From positions 1-41,152 of IMG/VR virus record IMGVR_UViG_3300009320_000045: a stretch of DNA of 41,152 nucleotides; one strand, written 5' to 3'. A model generated the notes under the pieces. The model was not told the DNA's origin and did no database searches. It saw only the letters and a list, made by a program, of their open reading frames with translations. Below, piece by piece: positions 38,737-41,152 of the stretch (position 1 is the stretch's first letter; each line of letters begins with the position of its first letter). Both the position numbers and the translations under genes were made by a program. This stretch comes from a virus.

Positions 38737-41152
38737 AGCGCCTAGCAATTGCCATAGGGCTGATTCTGGCACTGGCCGGCTATGCTCATGCGGACGGCTA
38801 CACATGGGATTCCGGTTATAAAGGAGATGTCCCCCCCGCTTCTGCAATCGAAGTAGACACCACCCTTTTCGACAACAACCTCTCGGTTACTGATGAGGAT
38901 GTTCAAACTGCCCTCGAAACCATCGATGATCTCACCCTTCATGATGCCGTCACCGTCACCGACACCACCACCATAGACCTCACCCTCACTGGTCAGGACA
39001 TCAAAGCAGACGGCCTCTACACCGCAGGGGATGCCCTTACCCTCACCGGAGCAGACTTCGACTTTGATGGTGGTGCTACCCCAGGAGGTGACTTAAGCAA
39101 TACTTGGGCTGATCCACAGGTAGACGATGATTCTCATAACCATACCTCCACTACCATTTCTGGTCTAGACATCTCAGACGACACCAACCTTGCCGTAACC
39201 TCTCCTGTTGTCCTGACAGATGATACCCTCTCGCTCAACCAAGACGCTGGTACGGATGTTACCGCTGACCTAGAGGAAGAAACCCACGCTTCCGAACACG
39301 CTGTGGGTGGAGCTGATACTGTATTCCCCGCTGACCCCAACGCAGACAAGTTCCTGAAATGGAATGACACGGGTGGTGCGATTGAGTGGGCGGATGACAA
39401 CAATACTCAGCTTACGGAGGAGCAGGTTGAGGACTTCGTGGGTGGTATGCTTGGCGGTACAGAAACGCTTATCTCAGTGGATTACCAGGATGCAACCAAC
39501 GACATAGACTTCGTGGTGAACGATGATCTCTCCCTGTATGACAACGCAACCTCTGGTTTTATTACAACTACCCTAACTCAAGAGGAAGTAGAGGACTACG
39601 CTGGTGCTTTGATGGCCAATGCCACAGGTACCCACACAGGCATATCCGTCACCTACCAAGATGCCACAGGTGACATGGATCTTGTGGTGGATCATGATGC
39701 TGCCTCTAACTTTGTTGCCGCTGAACATGTGGATTGGGCCGCTGCTTCTGCTGGAACAATCCATACCGACAACTATATAGAAAATGCCACGCATACCGGA
39801 GAGGTAACTGGTTCTGGTGCGTTGACTATTGCCGATAGCGTAACGGTAACAGGTTGGGTCATGGGTGCTTCCACCGCTACTACTCCTGCTGCCGATGACA
39901 ACGATACCTCCTTAGCTACCACCGCCTGGTGCGAAACTACCCAGGATTACCTCAAGACCTCCGAGCTTTCGGGAGCGGAGACCGACCCTATCTACTCTGC
40001 CAATTCCTACGCCGTAGGCATGGATCAGGATGTAGATACCACTGCTACTCCTACCTTTGCTGGTCTTGCTTCTACGGGGGATATAGACGTAGATGCTGCC
40101 AATGGGAACATTACTCTACAGCATCCAGGTGGAGATGAGTTTGGTTGGCATACAGAAGCTGGCTCCATTATGTATTTGAAGAACAACACCGACCGCAAGG
40201 GCTATCTCCTAGCCGATGCTGACCACCGTCTCTACCTGGGTACTCAGGACGGCGTAACAGGTGACATCCTCTCCCTAATCGTCCGTACAGATGGTACAGG
40301 GGATACTGAGGTACAGCTTCCCAGCGACTCCATCGGCAATACGGAGTTAGATGAGAGCCAATCCTATTCTATGGCTGGCTTAACCATGTCAGGTAATATC
40401 GCGATGGCAGATGACACCTGGATAGGGATTGGTTCTCCCAACAATGCCAGACTAGAGTTTGATGCTACGCCATCTCCCGATACCATAGATGTCTGCGATG
40501 CAGAGCTGAGGATTAGCGGTAACACATCCTTTTACATTGGTGGCGCTGATGGGACTGCTGAGATTGGCAGATTATACAACAGCGCGGGTGACTTAACCTT
40601 CGAAGGAGATGGGAACCGAGATGTGGCCTTCGGTTCGGAGAACCATCCTAAGGTGCTTTTTGTAAATGGGCTTTATGAGATGGTTGGTATAAATGACACT
40701 TCTCCCGACAAAGCGTTAGAGGTTATAGACGACTCTGGTACGCAGTTAAGGTTAACACATACGGATACCGTTGATCACTGTGATTTCGGAGTAGATGGCG
40801 ACGGTTATCTTGGCATAATGCCTTCGGGTGGTAGGGTAGGTATTGGAACAACGAGTCCAGGTGGCAAACTCCACCTCGCCTCAAGCAATGCTGATTTGGA
40901 AGCTATATTTGATACCTATGATAACGGAGTAAAAGAAGGCACTTTTAGAATAAGGAAGTCCGACACCGACACTATCGGCACAGCGGCTTCAACTGACGAC
41001 ACCGATGGTTTAGGGCAGGTTGTTTGGCAGGGTGTAGATGCTGCCACGAACTTTGACTATGGGGCAAGGATTCGAGCTGTCCAGAACGGAGCTGCTTCAA
41101 CTTATGTTCCTACTGACTTATTTCTCTACACCTACAGCGATGCTTCGATAAA
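38733..41152 (+). CDS. tail fibre protein with Sec-type signal peptide (5' part; continues at 1..369 across the circular junction)
   Basis: TTG 38733 is the first start codon after the in-frame TAA at 38667, and it overlaps the upstream TGA. The ORF is open to the window end, so it is absent from the ORF track. N-terminus KRLAIAIGLILALAGYAHA|DGYTWDSGYKGDVP. Tandem EEQVEDFVGG..DYQDATNDIDFVV / QEEVEDYAGA..TYQDATGDMDLVV units. GRVGIGTTSPGGKLHL motif. Confidence 0.8.
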   Translation, partial: MKRLAIAIGLILALAGYAHADGYTWDSGYKGDVPPASAIEVDTTLFDNNLSVTDEDVQTALETIDDLTLHDAVTVTDTTTIDLTLTGQDIKADGLYTAGDALTLTGADFDFDGGATPGGDLSNTWADPQVDDDSHNHTSTTISGLDISDDTNLAVTSPVVLTDDTLSLNQDAGTDVTADLEEETHASEHAVGGADTVFPADPNADKFLKWNDTGGAIEWADDNNTQLTEEQVEDFVGGMLGGTETLISVDYQDATNDIDFVVNDDLSLYDNATSGFITTTLTQEEVEDYAGALMANATGTHTGISVTYQDATGDMDLVVDHDAASNFVAAEHVDWAAASAGTIHTDNYIENATHTGEVTGSGALTIADSVTVTGWVMGASTATTPAADDNDTSLATTAWCETTQDYLKTSELSGAETDPIYSANSYAVGMDQDVDTTATPTFAGLASTGDIDVDAANGNITLQHPGGDEFGWHTEAGSIMYLKNNTDRKGYLLADADHRLYLGTQDGVTGDILSLIVRTDGTGDTEVQLPSDSIGNTELDESQSYSMAGLTMSGNIAMADDTWIGIGSPNNARLEFDATPSPDTIDVCDAELRISGNTSFYIGGADGTAEIGRLYNSAGDLTFEGDGNRDVAFGSENHPKVLFVNGLYEMVGINDTSPDKALEVIDDSGTQLRLTHTDTVDHCDFGVDGDGYLGIMPSGGRVGIGTTSPGGKLHLASSNADLEAIFDTYDNGVKEGTFRIRKSDTDTIGTAASTDDTDGLGQVVWQGVDAATNFDYGARIRAVQNGAASTYVPTDLFLYTYSDASI
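41034..41152. repeat. terminal direct repeat, copy 2 (identical to 1..119)
   Basis: Exact 119-nt identity with the window start. Confidence 0.9.

Overview
The window is one complete dsDNA tailed-phage genome. Nt 1..119 are identical to 41034..41152, so the unique length is 41,033 bp, and one tail-fibre ORF reads through that junction. All credible genes (about 70) lie on the + strand and are tightly packed, many with ATGA/TGATG/TAATG start-stop overlaps. No tRNA, rRNA, CRISPR array, integrase, reverse transcriptase, DNA polymerase or RNA polymerase was recognised.

Map:
- 38733..41152 plus 1..6084: late accessory arm. It holds the tail fibre, a GT2-like glycosyltransferase, a second fibre paralogue, a LamG protein, small exported proteins, a holin-like protein, overlapped spanins and a polytopic membrane protein. 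It ends in a double-hairpin terminator.
- 6202..17507: early/middle operon, driven by a near-consensus sigma70 promoter. It encodes coupled micro-ORFs, an XRE-type HTH protein, a RecT-family annealase with an exonuclease, a Cas4-like nuclease and a winged-helix protein. Next comes an origin made of DnaA boxes, iterons and AT-rich 13-mers. After it lie an HNH endonuclease, a secreted RlpA-like protein, a Gly-Tyr-Ser-Asp repeat protein, a VRR-NUC nuclease and a TerS-like protein.
- 17514..19542: a secreted protein and a Wzy_C/O-antigen-ligase-like membrane protein, wedged between the TerS-like gene and TerL.
- 19651..38736: podovirus-type morphogenesis module. Gene order is TerL, a GNAT gene flanked by two small paralogues, portal, scaffold, major capsid, decoration protein, terminator, tail tubular A/B-like proteins, three internal/ejection proteins including a 1483-aa giant, and two coiled-coil proteins.

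The spanin lipoprotein, the O-antigen-ligase-like gene and the DnaA boxes point to a Gram-negative host.

The most unusual observations are:
- Sec-type signal peptides on all three fibre/lectin proteins.
- Glycan-handling enzymes (Wzy_C, GT2, GNAT) embedded in the virion module.
- A 41-unit X-Gly repeat protein that uses a single codon per residue.
- A lysis cassette with no endolysin.
- A host-type replication origin.

All family assignments come from motif recognition by eye; no database search was possible.
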